Below, one piece after another: positions 8,201 through 16,586 of a stretch of DNA of 64,000 nt. A program made the position numbers and the translations under genes. The notes under the pieces are model-generated. The model had not been told where the DNA came from. It made no database searches and worked only from the letters and a program-made list of their open reading frames with translations. Numbering within the stretch: position 1 is the stretch's first letter; every line of letters starts with the position of its first letter. Location: positions 1,947 to 65,946 of the IMG/VR virus record IMGVR_UViG_2928125067_000004; one strand, given 5' to 3'. Origin of the DNA: a virus. Its lineage: Duplodnaviria > Caudoviricetes.

Positions 8201-8875
8201 TCAGGACTGGGGCTGAAGGAGCGCGGCGTGGGTGATCAGCCCGTAAAAGGCGGTCACGCTCTGGCCGGTGACGGGGTCGGTGGCGATGATGTTGTGCGGG
8301 AAGGTGCCGGGCTGGCAGCGCGCCATCAGGCTGCGCGGCACCTGCATGGCGACCGTGCCGGCCGCGCCGCCATTGACGATCGTGGCGGTCGAACCGTCCG
8401 CAGGCGCCGAGGTCGCCTGCAGCGCGTAGGTCGCGGCGCCGGCCGCGATGCGCGCGCCCAGCGTGAACACGAGGCCCGTCAGGTCGACCGGCAGCGGCAG
8501 CGTCGCGATCGCGAAGGTGTCGCCGATGGCGAGCGCGGCCTGGCCGGCGACCTGTGCGAGCGTGAAGGTGACGCCGTTGGCGTAGATCGGCAGCCCGACC
8601 ACGCCGCTGGCAGTCACCGTGCCGTCGGCGTCCGTGACGGTCAGGTAGGTGATCCCCGATGCGATCCCGGTGACCTTGACCACCTGGACGCCCGCGAGGT
8701 CGGCGCCGGCGTCGACCGCGGCGACCACGAGGCTGCCGACACCGATGTTCGCGGCGCTGGCGATCACGCCCCCGGGCCCGGGCGCCGCGATCAGCGGTAG
8801 CCCGTCGAGCCAGTCGGTGATCTGACTCGTGCGGAAGTTGGCTTCCTGCGCCGGGATCAGGGCGAGGTTCGACAT
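8201..8875 (-). CDS. Hypothetical tail/fibre-associated structural protein
   Basis: Beta-rich composition; lies between two fibre/chaperone pairs. Confidence 0.6.
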   Translation of the reverse strand: MSNLALIPAQEANFRTSQITDWLDGLPLIAAPGPGGVIASAANIGVGSLVVAAVDAGADLAGVQVVKVTGIASGITYLTVTDADGTVTASGVVGLPIYANGVTFTLAQVAGQAALAIGDTFAIATLPLPVDLTGLVFTLGARIAAGAATYALQATSAPADGSTATIVNGGAAGTVAMQVPRSLMARCQPGTFPHNIIATDPVTGQSVTAFYGLITHAALLQPQS

Positions 8876-8905
8876 GGGCGAGCCTCAAGCTGCGGGCGTG
8901 ACGAA

Positions 8906-8927
8906 GCCGCCCGAGCGTTCGGGCGGC
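8906..8927 (-). terminator. GC hairpin, weak terminator candidate
   Basis: GCCGCCCGA-4 nt-TCGGGCGGC with a short TTCGT tail on the minus strand. Confidence 0.4.
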
Positions 8928-8948
8928 GCGGGTCGGGGTGGTGGCGGA

Positions 8949-9557
8949 TCAGGCGATGGTCGCGTTGGAGGCGGGCCAGGCCGCGGCGATCACGTCGGCC
9001 TCGGTCTTCACGGTGCCGGCGGCGATCCCGGCAACGAGCGCGGGCAGCGCGTCGAAGGTCGCCTGGACGAAGTCGTCCACGAGGGTCGCGGCGTGGGCGA
9101 AGTCGTCGGCCTCGATCCGCGCGAATGTCGCCGGACCGGTCTGCCAGGTGACGGAGGCCGGCGGGTTCGGCTGGGCGAGCCGCATCGCCTTGCGGTCGAG
9201 CGCGCCGAGCGAGGCCTCGTCGGTGGCGAAGGCGACCGCCTGTCCCTTGATCGTGACCGTGAACCCGCCGGCGGCCAGCGCCCGCTGCCGAGCGTTGGCC
9301 AGCGCCACGAGCTGCACGGCGGTCAGCGGCGGCGCGACCGGCGCCGCGAAGGTCGCCTTGCCCGCCGCGTCCAGCGAGCAGCTCCACCCGGCCGCCACCG
9401 CGGGATCCGGACACGCGACGACGTCGGCGAGCACGTCGGCGTGGAACAGGTCGGCGAGGTGGACCTCATGGACGGTCCCCGCCTCGTCCTCCACCGTCTC
9501 CGGCAGTTCGAGGATCTCGGCCACGAGGCCGGCGCTGATACGAGCGAAGCGCTGCAT
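8949..9557 (-). CDS. Tail fibre assembly chaperone (DUF4376-like)
   Basis: GGFTVTIKGQAVAFATDEAS...VTWQTG...DDFVQATFD pattern; follows the fibre gene. Confidence 0.75.
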   Translation of the reverse strand: MQRFARISAGLVAEILELPETVEDEAGTVHEVHLADLFHADVLADVVACPDPAVAAGWSCSLDAAGKATFAAPVAPPLTAVQLVALANARQRALAAGGFTVTIKGQAVAFATDEASLGALDRKAMRLAQPNPPASVTWQTGPATFARIEADDFAHAATLVDDFVQATFDALPALVAGIAAGTVKTEADVIAAAWPASNATIA

Positions 9558-9566
9558 GGGACGACC

Positions 9567-10373
9567 TCAGAAGCGAATGATGACTGCGCCCAGAGCGCCG
9601 TTGTATCCGGCGTTCGGGATCGACGAGTTCAGGGCGTTGGTCGACGCGCCACCACCGCCGCCGGGGAACTGCGCGGTGGTCTGCGCTGGGCCGCCACCGA
9701 AGGGTGCAGCGCCGCCGGCGGCGTAGGAGTTGGTCCCATCGAGATCGAGGCCGGACGCGCCCTGGAGGTTGATGTCACCGCCGGAGCCCTGGCCGCCCGC
9801 CGTCGCGCCGGCGCCGCCGCCCTGGCCGCCCGTGGCCGAGCAGAACGACCCGAACGACGTCGTGCCGCCGTTGCCGCCCGGGTTCGTGCTGTTGAAGGAT
9901 CCGGCGGTGCCGACGCCCGGAGCGCCGATGGTGACCGGGATCACCTGCCCCGGGGTGACCGTGTACGTGCCGGCCGCAAAGCCGCCGCCGGCGCCGGCTG
10001 CCATGGAGCCGCCAGCGCCCCCACCGCCCGGGCCCCAGCACCCCTCGACATCGACCTGCGTGATGCCGTCCGGCACGGTCCAGTAGACGAGGCCGACGGT
10101 CATGAAGATCCGGCGAGTGCTGCCCACGATCTTGCGGTTGTTGATGACGGTCAGGCCCTTCGACCCGGCCAGCGCCTGGATCGCCTGGAGGAGCTGCGTC
10201 AGGTCGTTGTTCGTCGGCACGAGGTTCGCCGCCTGGATCACGGCGACGATCTCGCGCTGCGGGTATTCCAGGCCCTCGGCGCACGGGATCGAACCGGCGG
10301 TGTTCGTCGCCGGGTTGCCGTTGACGTAGCCAGCCGCGGGGTTCGTGGCATCGAACGGTTTGTTATAGATCAC
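9567..10373 (-). CDS. Tail fibre protein 1 (Mu gp49-like N terminus, Gly-rich C domain)
   Basis: GNPATNTAGSIP...QREIVAVIQAANLVPTNNDLTQLLQAI baseplate-attachment motif; GGGGAGG repeats. Confidence 0.8.
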   Translation of the reverse strand: MIYNKPFDATNPAAGYVNGNPATNTAGSIPCAEGLEYPQREIVAVIQAANLVPTNNDLTQLLQAIQALAGSKGLTVINNRKIVGSTRRIFMTVGLVYWTVPDGITQVDVEGCWGPGGGGAGGSMAAGAGGGFAAGTYTVTPGQVIPVTIGAPGVGTAGSFNSTNPGGNGGTTSFGSFCSATGGQGGGAGATAGGQGSGGDINLQGASGLDLDGTNSYAAGGAAPFGGGPAQTTAQFPGGGGGASTNALNSSIPNAGYNGALGAVIIRF

Positions 10374-10456
10374 GGGCGGACGCTCCGGACGCGCGCGATC
10401 GCGCCCGAGCCGCGCGAGCGGTCAGGGTCGGTCGAGCGATCGGTTGAGGGGCGGGG

Positions 10457-11239
10457 CTAGTAGAGCGGCACGCTCTCGGCCGGCAGCGGATCGCCGCCGT
10501 GCTCGATGATCGTGAGCAGCGGGTCGGTCCCGCAGTGGTTCACGCCGGCCCGGAAGGGCACGTATTCCTGGTAGCGCGGCGTCACGTTCGCGTAGTCGAA
10601 GACGATCTCGGTGTGCGCCGGCTTGTAGCGCCGGAACAGGCACTCGAGGTCCATCGCCTGGCTGAAGCGGACCATCGGGTCGACGCCGCACTGGCCGGCG
10701 CCGGCGCGGAACCACGACACGCGCGAGCCGTAGACACGCACCGTCCAGTAGAACCGGATCTCGGGCGGGCCGACCTGCCAGCGGTACTGCTCGCCGTTCG
10801 TCCCGGTCTGGCGCGTGTCGCCGCACCGGGAGATGCCCGCCATGAACGGCGAGTACTCAACGATGCGGATCACGTACCCGAGCCGCGAGGCGACGTTGTA
10901 GAAGAACGGCCGGCTCTGGCCGCCCTCGGTCGTGATCCGCTCGAGCAGCGCGAGGCGGCGCTCCTCCAGGGTGTACTGCTCCTGGACGCACGGGTCGGGC
11001 AGGCCGAAGGCCCGCTCCCAGTCCGGCAGGAGTTCCGTGGTGAACCGCGGGTCGAGCTCGATCTCCAGGAGGTCGGCCGCGCGCGGGTCGACGAGCGCCC
11101 CCCAGATCTCGGCCTGCCCGCGCACGAGCTGCATCAGCGGCTCGTCGGGATCGCGCGACCACGCCTCGCCGGTCGGCAGGAGCCGCGCGAAGGCTTGCGC
11201 GTAGTCGGCGCCGTCGCGGCGGATGAAGCCGTCGCTCAT
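10457..11239 (-). CDS. Baseplate wedge protein (YmfQ/DUF2313, Mu gp48-like)
   Basis: LLPTGEAW...ELLPDWERAFGLPD...LECLFRRYKPAHT motifs; ATG 11239 overlaps the upstream stop. Confidence 0.88.
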   Translation of the reverse strand: MSDGFIRRDGADYAQAFARLLPTGEAWSRDPDEPLMQLVRGQAEIWGALVDPRAADLLEIELDPRFTTELLPDWERAFGLPDPCVQEQYTLEERRLALLERITTEGGQSRPFFYNVASRLGYVIRIVEYSPFMAGISRCGDTRQTGTNGEQYRWQVGPPEIRFYWTVRVYGSRVSWFRAGAGQCGVDPMVRFSQAMDLECLFRRYKPAHTEIVFDYANVTPRYQEYVPFRAGVNHCGTDPLLTIIEHGGDPLPAESVPLY

Positions 11240-12309
11240 GGGTACGAGATCCCGCCGCCGGCCGCGGCCGAGAGGCTCGCCATGTGCCCGGGCGAAGCCA
11301 TCACGGCGTCCTCGAAGTCGAGGTCGAAGTAGCCTTCGCCCACGACCTCGGAGATCGCCGCCGAAACCCAGGCGGCGTAGATCGTCTGCCCCGGCGCGGC
11401 GCGCTCCAGGAGCAGCATCTGGAGCGCGGCCTCGATGGCGAGCCGCATCGACGGCGTGTCGTCGGACAGGTTGCGGATCGTGATCTCGAGCCCCTGCGGG
11501 ATCGGCGCGACCACGAAGAAGTCCTTCACGCAGACCGGCCGGACCGTGTCGAGGTAGGCCCGCACGTTGGCGACGTCGTCGTCGGTGGGCAGGCCGCCGT
11601 TGCCGGCGCGCAGCGCGTCGCACAGGAACCGCACGACCACGGTGCCGATGCCCATGCCGTTCGGGCTCGACCAGGCGCGGGTGACGCCCGGCACAGCGAG
11701 CGTCCACTGCACGTAGTCGTCGGCATCGCCGCCCATGGGGGGACGGCGCAGGCGCAGCAGCACCCGGGTGCGAAGGTCGTCGTCGCTCTCGGTGTCGGCC
11801 CCGCCGTCGATCAGGATGACGGTCGCCTGCGCGTTCACGCCGGAGACGGCCACCGACAGCGACAGCGGCGCGCCGGCGTCGCGATTGCCGATCGCGCCGG
11901 CGGTCAGGCAGGTGACGGCGACCGGGGTGGCATCCGCGGACAGATAGACGTCGGCCGCGGTCTGGTACTCGACCGCGTCCGAGGTCGACAGGATGGATCC
12001 GGCCTCGAGCAGCGTGCCCTTGACGCCCGTGACCGCGATCGTGCCGGCCGCGAAGGTCGCCGCCTTCGGGCCGCCGAACAGGATGTTGGCCCAGCGCAGG
12101 AGCCAGTCGCCCTCGGATTGATCCGGCAGGGCGTTCTTGGCGATGTAGGCGAGGTATTTCAGGTTCAGGAAGGCGCCGCCGGCGTTCTGGTCCGAGAGGA
12201 CGCGCAGCGCGTTGTTCGGCACGCTCGCGTCGGCGCCGGGCAGGAAGGCCGCGAGGTTGTCGCGGTTCTCCCGGCGCACGCTCGGCAGGTCCGGCAGATT
12301 GAACGGCAT
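11236..12309 (-). CDS. Baseplate J-like protein (Mu gp47-like)
   Basis: GGADTESDDDLRTRVL...PPMGGDADDYVQWTLAVPGVTRAW...GTVVV motif. Confidence 0.92.
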   Translation of the reverse strand: MPFNLPDLPSVRRENRDNLAAFLPGADASVPNNALRVLSDQNAGGAFLNLKYLAYIAKNALPDQSEGDWLLRWANILFGGPKAATFAAGTIAVTGVKGTLLEAGSILSTSDAVEYQTAADVYLSADATPVAVTCLTAGAIGNRDAGAPLSLSVAVSGVNAQATVILIDGGADTESDDDLRTRVLLRLRRPPMGGDADDYVQWTLAVPGVTRAWSSPNGMGIGTVVVRFLCDALRAGNGGLPTDDDVANVRAYLDTVRPVCVKDFFVVAPIPQGLEITIRNLSDDTPSMRLAIEAALQMLLLERAAPGQTIYAAWVSAAISEVVGEGYFDLDFEDAVMASPGHMASLSAAAGGGISYP

Positions 12310-12378
12310 GGGGCAGCCTCAGGCGCGCCGTAGGACACGGCTTCCAGCGGGTCGGCTCGGGCGGTGGTGGCGGTGCGG

Positions 12379-12903
12379 TCAGCTGATCGGGGCGGAGACG
12401 ACGATCCCGCGCCAGAGGTCGGCGAATTGCAGGGCCAGCAGCAACTCGTCGCCGCGGTACATCACGATGCCGGCCTCGATCCGCTCGATGCCGGCGCGCA
12501 CCACGGTGACGTCGAGGCGGGTGGCGATCTTCCGGTCGAGGAAGGGTTGCAGCGCCTCGCGGATGTAGTCCTCGATCTGGACGGTGGTGGCGCCCTTGCG
12601 CGCCGCCGTGCCGGTGATCGTGGTCCGGGACACGAGCCAGAGCTTCGAGCCGATCGGCCAGCCGTCCCAGATCTCCTCAGCGTCGAGGTCGCCCCACCAG
12701 CCGCGGCGGTCGGTGTCGCGCGAGTCCGGAAGCGCGTCGTCTGGGCCGGCGAGCGCGTCGGTCATCAGCGCGACGACGACGGCGGTCGCCAGCTCGTCCG
12801 AGGTGTCGAGCTGGCCCGCCGGCGTGAGCAGCAGGTTGAGGTCGATCGCCTGGAAGGGCTGCCCCGCGGGCGACCCGCGCTGTCTGATGCGGACGTCCGT
12901 CAC
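12379..12903 (-). CDS. Mu gp46-like baseplate protein
   Basis: AVVVALMTDA...DRRGWWGD...IGSKLWL...YIREALQP motif; GTG start 12903. Confidence 0.88.
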   Translation of the reverse strand: MTDVRIRQRGSPAGQPFQAIDLNLLLTPAGQLDTSDELATAVVVALMTDALAGPDDALPDSRDTDRRGWWGDLDAEEIWDGWPIGSKLWLVSRTTITGTAARKGATTVQIEDYIREALQPFLDRKIATRLDVTVVRAGIERIEAGIVMYRGDELLLALQFADLWRGIVVSAPIS

Positions 12904-13128
12904 GCGCGGCCCTCGCCGTGGGCGCGGGCGAGGCGCTCGTGATCGAGGGCGTACTCGCCGCACCCATCCGTCCCGAGCACACCCGGCCATACCGCCCGCG
13001 CGCCGTCCTCCGCGGCCGCGCGCGGGGCGCGGATGCGGCAGGCGCCGTAGGTGCTCGGGTGCGGATTGAGCGCGAAGTAGCGGCAGCTCGCGCACGAGGG
13101 CGCCGGCCGTTGGAGCATGCGGGCCATG
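12900..13128 (-). CDS. Small Cys-rich protein (CxxC...C...WP...CGE)
   Basis: CASCRYF...GACRIRAP...WPGVLGTDGCGEY; start approximate; coupled to neighbours. Confidence 0.55.
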
Positions 13129-13158
13129 TCGGGATCTCGGGTGTTCGAGGGCGGTGTC

Positions 13159-14208
13159 TCAGCCCGGGCCACCGAAGCGCATCGACTTCGTGAGGCCCTG
13201 CACGAGCCGCTTCTGCGGCTCCAGGAAGTTCAGAGCCGGCCCGGCCTGGTCGGCGAGCTGCTGGAGCCGACCGCGCAGGGACGCGATCTGGCCGATGATC
13301 AGGTTGGCGCCGGTCAGCTGCTCGATCTGGCCGGTCAGCTCGGCGGCCTTCGCGGCGATCGCCGCCTCGGGACCGCCGCTGGCGTTCAGCGCCGCCAGCT
13401 CGTCGACCAGGTCGTCCACGAGGCCAATCACCGGGTTGTTGGCGATCAGGCCGGCAATCTGCGCCTCGAGGCCGGCGATCAGACCCTCCAGGTTGCCCGA
13501 GAGCAGGCTGGCGAGCCCCGCGAGGTTCGGGTTCAGGAACCGCTGGAGCGCCTGCTCGACCTGCTCCTGCAGGTAGGCCTTCGCCTTGGCCTCGATCGCG
13601 GCCTCCATTGCCTTGAGGCCCGATGGATCCTGATTGAGGATCGGCGCCAGCGCGGCGAGGCCGGGGATCTGCGTCTGCGCGATCTCCCGCAGCTTCGAGG
13701 TCACGTCGAACAGGCCGTGGAGGTTCTTCTCCGCCTGCGCGACACGGGCCGCGAGGCCCTTGAGCTGCTCGTTGAGCTCGAAATCCTTCGTGGCCGGTTT
13801 CGGGCCCGCCGTCACGGTGACCTTCTTGCCGGTGGTGTTGATGCCGTCCCGGGTCAGGTGGTTGTGCTGGCCCTGATCGTCGTGGTGCGAGCTCTCGCCG
13901 GGCTTCAGGTTCTTCGGGCGATGGCGGCGGTCGGCGGTTGCGATCACGACCGGGTGGTCGGGATTGCCGCCCACGGCGGCCACCAGGACCTCGGCCTGCT
14001 CCTGCTCCTGATTGGTCGGCTTCAGGGGGACGCTGCTGAAGCCGTAGGGATGCCAGTGCTCGACGTTGGTGAACTGGTCACCGAACCAAGCCCGGACCGT
14101 ATGCTCCTGGAGCTTCGTCGAGTCGTCGACCGCGACGAGGGTGCCACGGGCAATGCCGAGGTAGGCGCGGCGAGCGCTGTCGTCGCCTCCGGCGCGCAAG
14201 GTGCTCAT
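13159..14208 (-). CDS. Baseplate spike (Mu gp45-like) with long helical C-terminal extension
   Basis: VEHWHPYGFSSVP...AVGGNPDHPVVIATADRRHRPKNLKPGESSHHDDQG gp45 motif. Confidence 0.85.
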   Translation of the reverse strand: MSTLRAGGDDSARRAYLGIARGTLVAVDDSTKLQEHTVRAWFGDQFTNVEHWHPYGFSSVPLKPTNQEQEQAEVLVAAVGGNPDHPVVIATADRRHRPKNLKPGESSHHDDQGQHNHLTRDGINTTGKKVTVTAGPKPATKDFELNEQLKGLAARVAQAEKNLHGLFDVTSKLREIAQTQIPGLAALAPILNQDPSGLKAMEAAIEAKAKAYLQEQVEQALQRFLNPNLAGLASLLSGNLEGLIAGLEAQIAGLIANNPVIGLVDDLVDELAALNASGGPEAAIAAKAAELTGQIEQLTGANLIIGQIASLRGRLQQLADQAGPALNFLEPQKRLVQGLTKSMRFGGPG

Positions 14209-14221
14209 GCGCCGCCCTCCG

Positions 14222-15385
14222 TCATGTGCGCGCCTCAGGCTGCGCCTGCGTCACGGGTTGATTGTAGAAGCCGTCGGAGGCCTGCCCGTCGGGGTTCTTC
14301 TGCTGGAACGCCTTGGCGTTCACGAGCTCGATGGCCGTCGTGGTTTGCCCTTCGGGCGTCTGGCCGTAGGTGTAGGCCCAGAGCTTCAGGTCCATCTGCG
14401 GATCGGCCAGCGGGAACAGCATGCCCGAACGGACGGTCACGAAATCGGACAGCGCCCAGAGCTCGCCGTTCGGGTTGAGCCAGCCCTGGTAGGCCAGCGT
14501 CACCCGCAGGAGGTCGGCCTCGAGCGCCTGCGCCTCCATGTTGGTGCGCAGCTGCAGCTCCTTCTGGCCGAGCGGCATCTCAGCCAGGACCTTGCGGGCG
14601 AGGCCGGGCACGCCGTTGCCCATCTGCGCCTTGGCGGAGATCTCCGCGGCCTGCCGCCCGAACAAGCTGTCGGAGCCGGCGACCTGCGAGCGCGCGACGA
14701 TCTCCTGGACCGAGGGCATGTCGATCGAGCAGTTCGCCGAGAGGATGTTGACCCCCTCCTCTAACATCGCGCCCTTGCCGCCCTGGCGCGCGCCGGCGAC
14801 GAAATCGCCGTTGGCATCGGCCCGCAGCCACAGCCCGCGCTGGCGACACCCGCGGGAGATCGCGTCGAAGGGCGTCTCCCCATGCCGAAGCGTGAAGTTC
14901 GGGAACGGGGTGTCCCACCCGTCCGGACCGCCCTCCACCCGGAATTTGAGACCGTGCGGCTTCAACAGCCGGTTGGCGATCGCGTCGAGCTTGTAGCCAC
15001 GGAACTGCCCGGTACCGCCGTCGGCCGACGCCTTGCGGGTGAGCTCGGCCTTCGAGAAGCCCGACACTTGGACGCCGTGCCGGTTGGCGTCGAAGGCCAC
15101 CTGACGGTTGCCGATGTAGCCCTCTTGGATGACGACCTCGCCGGCGAGCGCGATGTCGACGCGCATCCCCGGAAGGAGGCGCTGGGCGGCGATCTGCGCC
15201 GCCTCGCCCCAGGACGAGCCCGAGGTCGTCTGGCGACGGCTGTTCGGGTCCTCCGGCTCGGCGCAGGTCAGCCGGAAGGTCCGCTGCCACGCGGCATCGA
15301 AGGACTGGCTCACCTGTACGGACAGCCAGTCCTGATAGATGCCGCCCTCGGTGCGGACCTCGCAGATCAGATCGGGATCGGGCAC
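14222..15385 (-). CDS. Baseplate hub protein (Mu gp44/P-like)
   Basis: WLSVQVSQSFDAAWQRTFRLT...GETPFDAISR...LEEGVNILSA pattern; position. Confidence 0.85.
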   Translation of the reverse strand: MPDPDLICEVRTEGGIYQDWLSVQVSQSFDAAWQRTFRLTCAEPEDPNSRRQTTSGSSWGEAAQIAAQRLLPGMRVDIALAGEVVIQEGYIGNRQVAFDANRHGVQVSGFSKAELTRKASADGGTGQFRGYKLDAIANRLLKPHGLKFRVEGGPDGWDTPFPNFTLRHGETPFDAISRGCRQRGLWLRADANGDFVAGARQGGKGAMLEEGVNILSANCSIDMPSVQEIVARSQVAGSDSLFGRQAAEISAKAQMGNGVPGLARKVLAEMPLGQKELQLRTNMEAQALEADLLRVTLAYQGWLNPNGELWALSDFVTVRSGMLFPLADPQMDLKLWAYTYGQTPEGQTTTAIELVNAKAFQQKNPDGQASDGFYNQPVTQAQPEART

Positions 15386-15394
15386 GGAACGCTC

Positions 15395-16069
15395 TCAGCC
15401 GGAGAAGGCGTTGCCGGAGGCCGGCATGAACAGGGGGTGGACCACGTCGCGGTTCTCGGCGAGGAGCTGCTCGGCGCGGCCCGCGTCGCCGAACAGGCGG
15501 TTGGCGAGTGCCAGGAGCGGCATGCGCGTGCCGAAGCTGTAGGACACGATCCGCGGCAGCGGCCGAGCCCGGGCGGTGAGATCGCGGACACAGGCCGCAT
15601 GCATCGCGGTGAGCGCGCGCCACGCCGTGTTGTTGAAGCGCCCGGCCGCGAAGTCCTCGGCCGGAGCGAACGCGAGGTTCACTCTGGCGAGGGCCGCGTC
15701 GATATCCTGCCGAGACGCGAAAGTGGTCCCGGCCAGGATATTCACCATCTCGGAGAGCGCGAGGCGCACCGCGATCTGCGCGACGCGCTGCACGGGTAGG
15801 TCCGGCATCGTGACGCCCTGCGCGACTTGGCGGACCTGATCCATCCCGACGAACGTGGCGCCGGCCGCGGTGGCGGCCGTGAAGCAGCCACGCAGCGGCG
15901 GGCCGAAGGTCCCGGCCTGGACTTGGCCGACCGCATCGGCGGAGAGCGCGCCGCAGAGCTGCCGGAGGGTGGCGCCCTCCTGGCTCGCGGCGTCGACGCC
16001 CGAGGCCAACAGCGCCTCGAGCACGGCCTTCAGCGCCGCGACGGCGACGCGGCGCTGGGCGAAGGTCAT
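15395..16069 (-). CDS. C-terminal half of a Mu gp43-like DNA-circularisation/tail protein
   Basis: C-terminal PLLALANRLFGDAGRAEQLLAENRDVVHPLFMP motif typical of the gp43 C terminus. Confidence 0.75.
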   Translation of the reverse strand: MTFAQRRVAVAALKAVLEALLASGVDAASQEGATLRQLCGALSADAVGQVQAGTFGPPLRGCFTAATAAGATFVGMDQVRQVAQGVTMPDLPVQRVAQIAVRLALSEMVNILAGTTFASRQDIDAALARVNLAFAPAEDFAAGRFNNTAWRALTAMHAACVRDLTARARPLPRIVSYSFGTRMPLLALANRLFGDAGRAEQLLAENRDVVHPLFMPASGNAFSG

Positions 16070-16075
16070 GCGGTC

Positions 16076-16552
16076 CTAGCTCCAGTCATCGTCGCTTCCG
16101 GCGGACAGCTCGGCCGCGGTGGCATTCTGCGCGGCGGCGGCGCGCGCGGCCGCCTGGGTGTTCTCCCGCCCGGACGGCGCACCGACCCCGACCTGTGAGC
16201 GGACGAAGATCATCTCGAAGCGGGCCAAGCCGCCCTGGTCCTTCGTCTCGATGCGCTGGTAGGTGTCACAGCGCATCGTGGCCTGCCCCATCGTGGACAG
16301 CACGAGGAGCCCGGCGCCTTCACGCTGGAGCGCCGCCTCCAGGTCATCGGCCTGATCGAGGTAGTCATCGCCGATGACGTAGGCGGAGATCGCCACGCGG
16401 GTGACGCGGCGCCCGAGGTCCTCGTCCGAGCTGCGCTCGGACTTGGCGAACTCGAAGGTGAAGCCGCGGCGCCCACCGAAGCGGGTGTTCGCCTCGATCT
16501 TGAACGGCACGCCGCGGAACGACGGCGGGCGAAGCTCCTCGCGCCAGGACAT
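16076..16552 (-). CDS. DNA circularisation N-terminal domain protein (Mu gp43 N)
   Basis: MSWREELRPPSFRGVPF...EDLGRR...YVIGDDY motif. Confidence 0.88.
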   Translation of the reverse strand: MSWREELRPPSFRGVPFKIEANTRFGGRRGFTFEFAKSERSSDEDLGRRVTRVAISAYVIGDDYLDQADDLEAALQREGAGLLVLSTMGQATMRCDTYQRIETKDQGGLARFEMIFVRSQVGVGAPSGRENTQAAARAAAAQNATAAELSAGSDDDWS

Positions 16553-16586
16553 GCCAAAGACCCCGGATTGTCGCCGGACCGGGCCC

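Noticed and set aside
6276-10373. Invertible tail-fibre cassette driven by the serine recombinase
   Set aside because: Both fibre sets are co-oriented and I saw no flanking inverted sites or copies of the 32976-32999 palindrome
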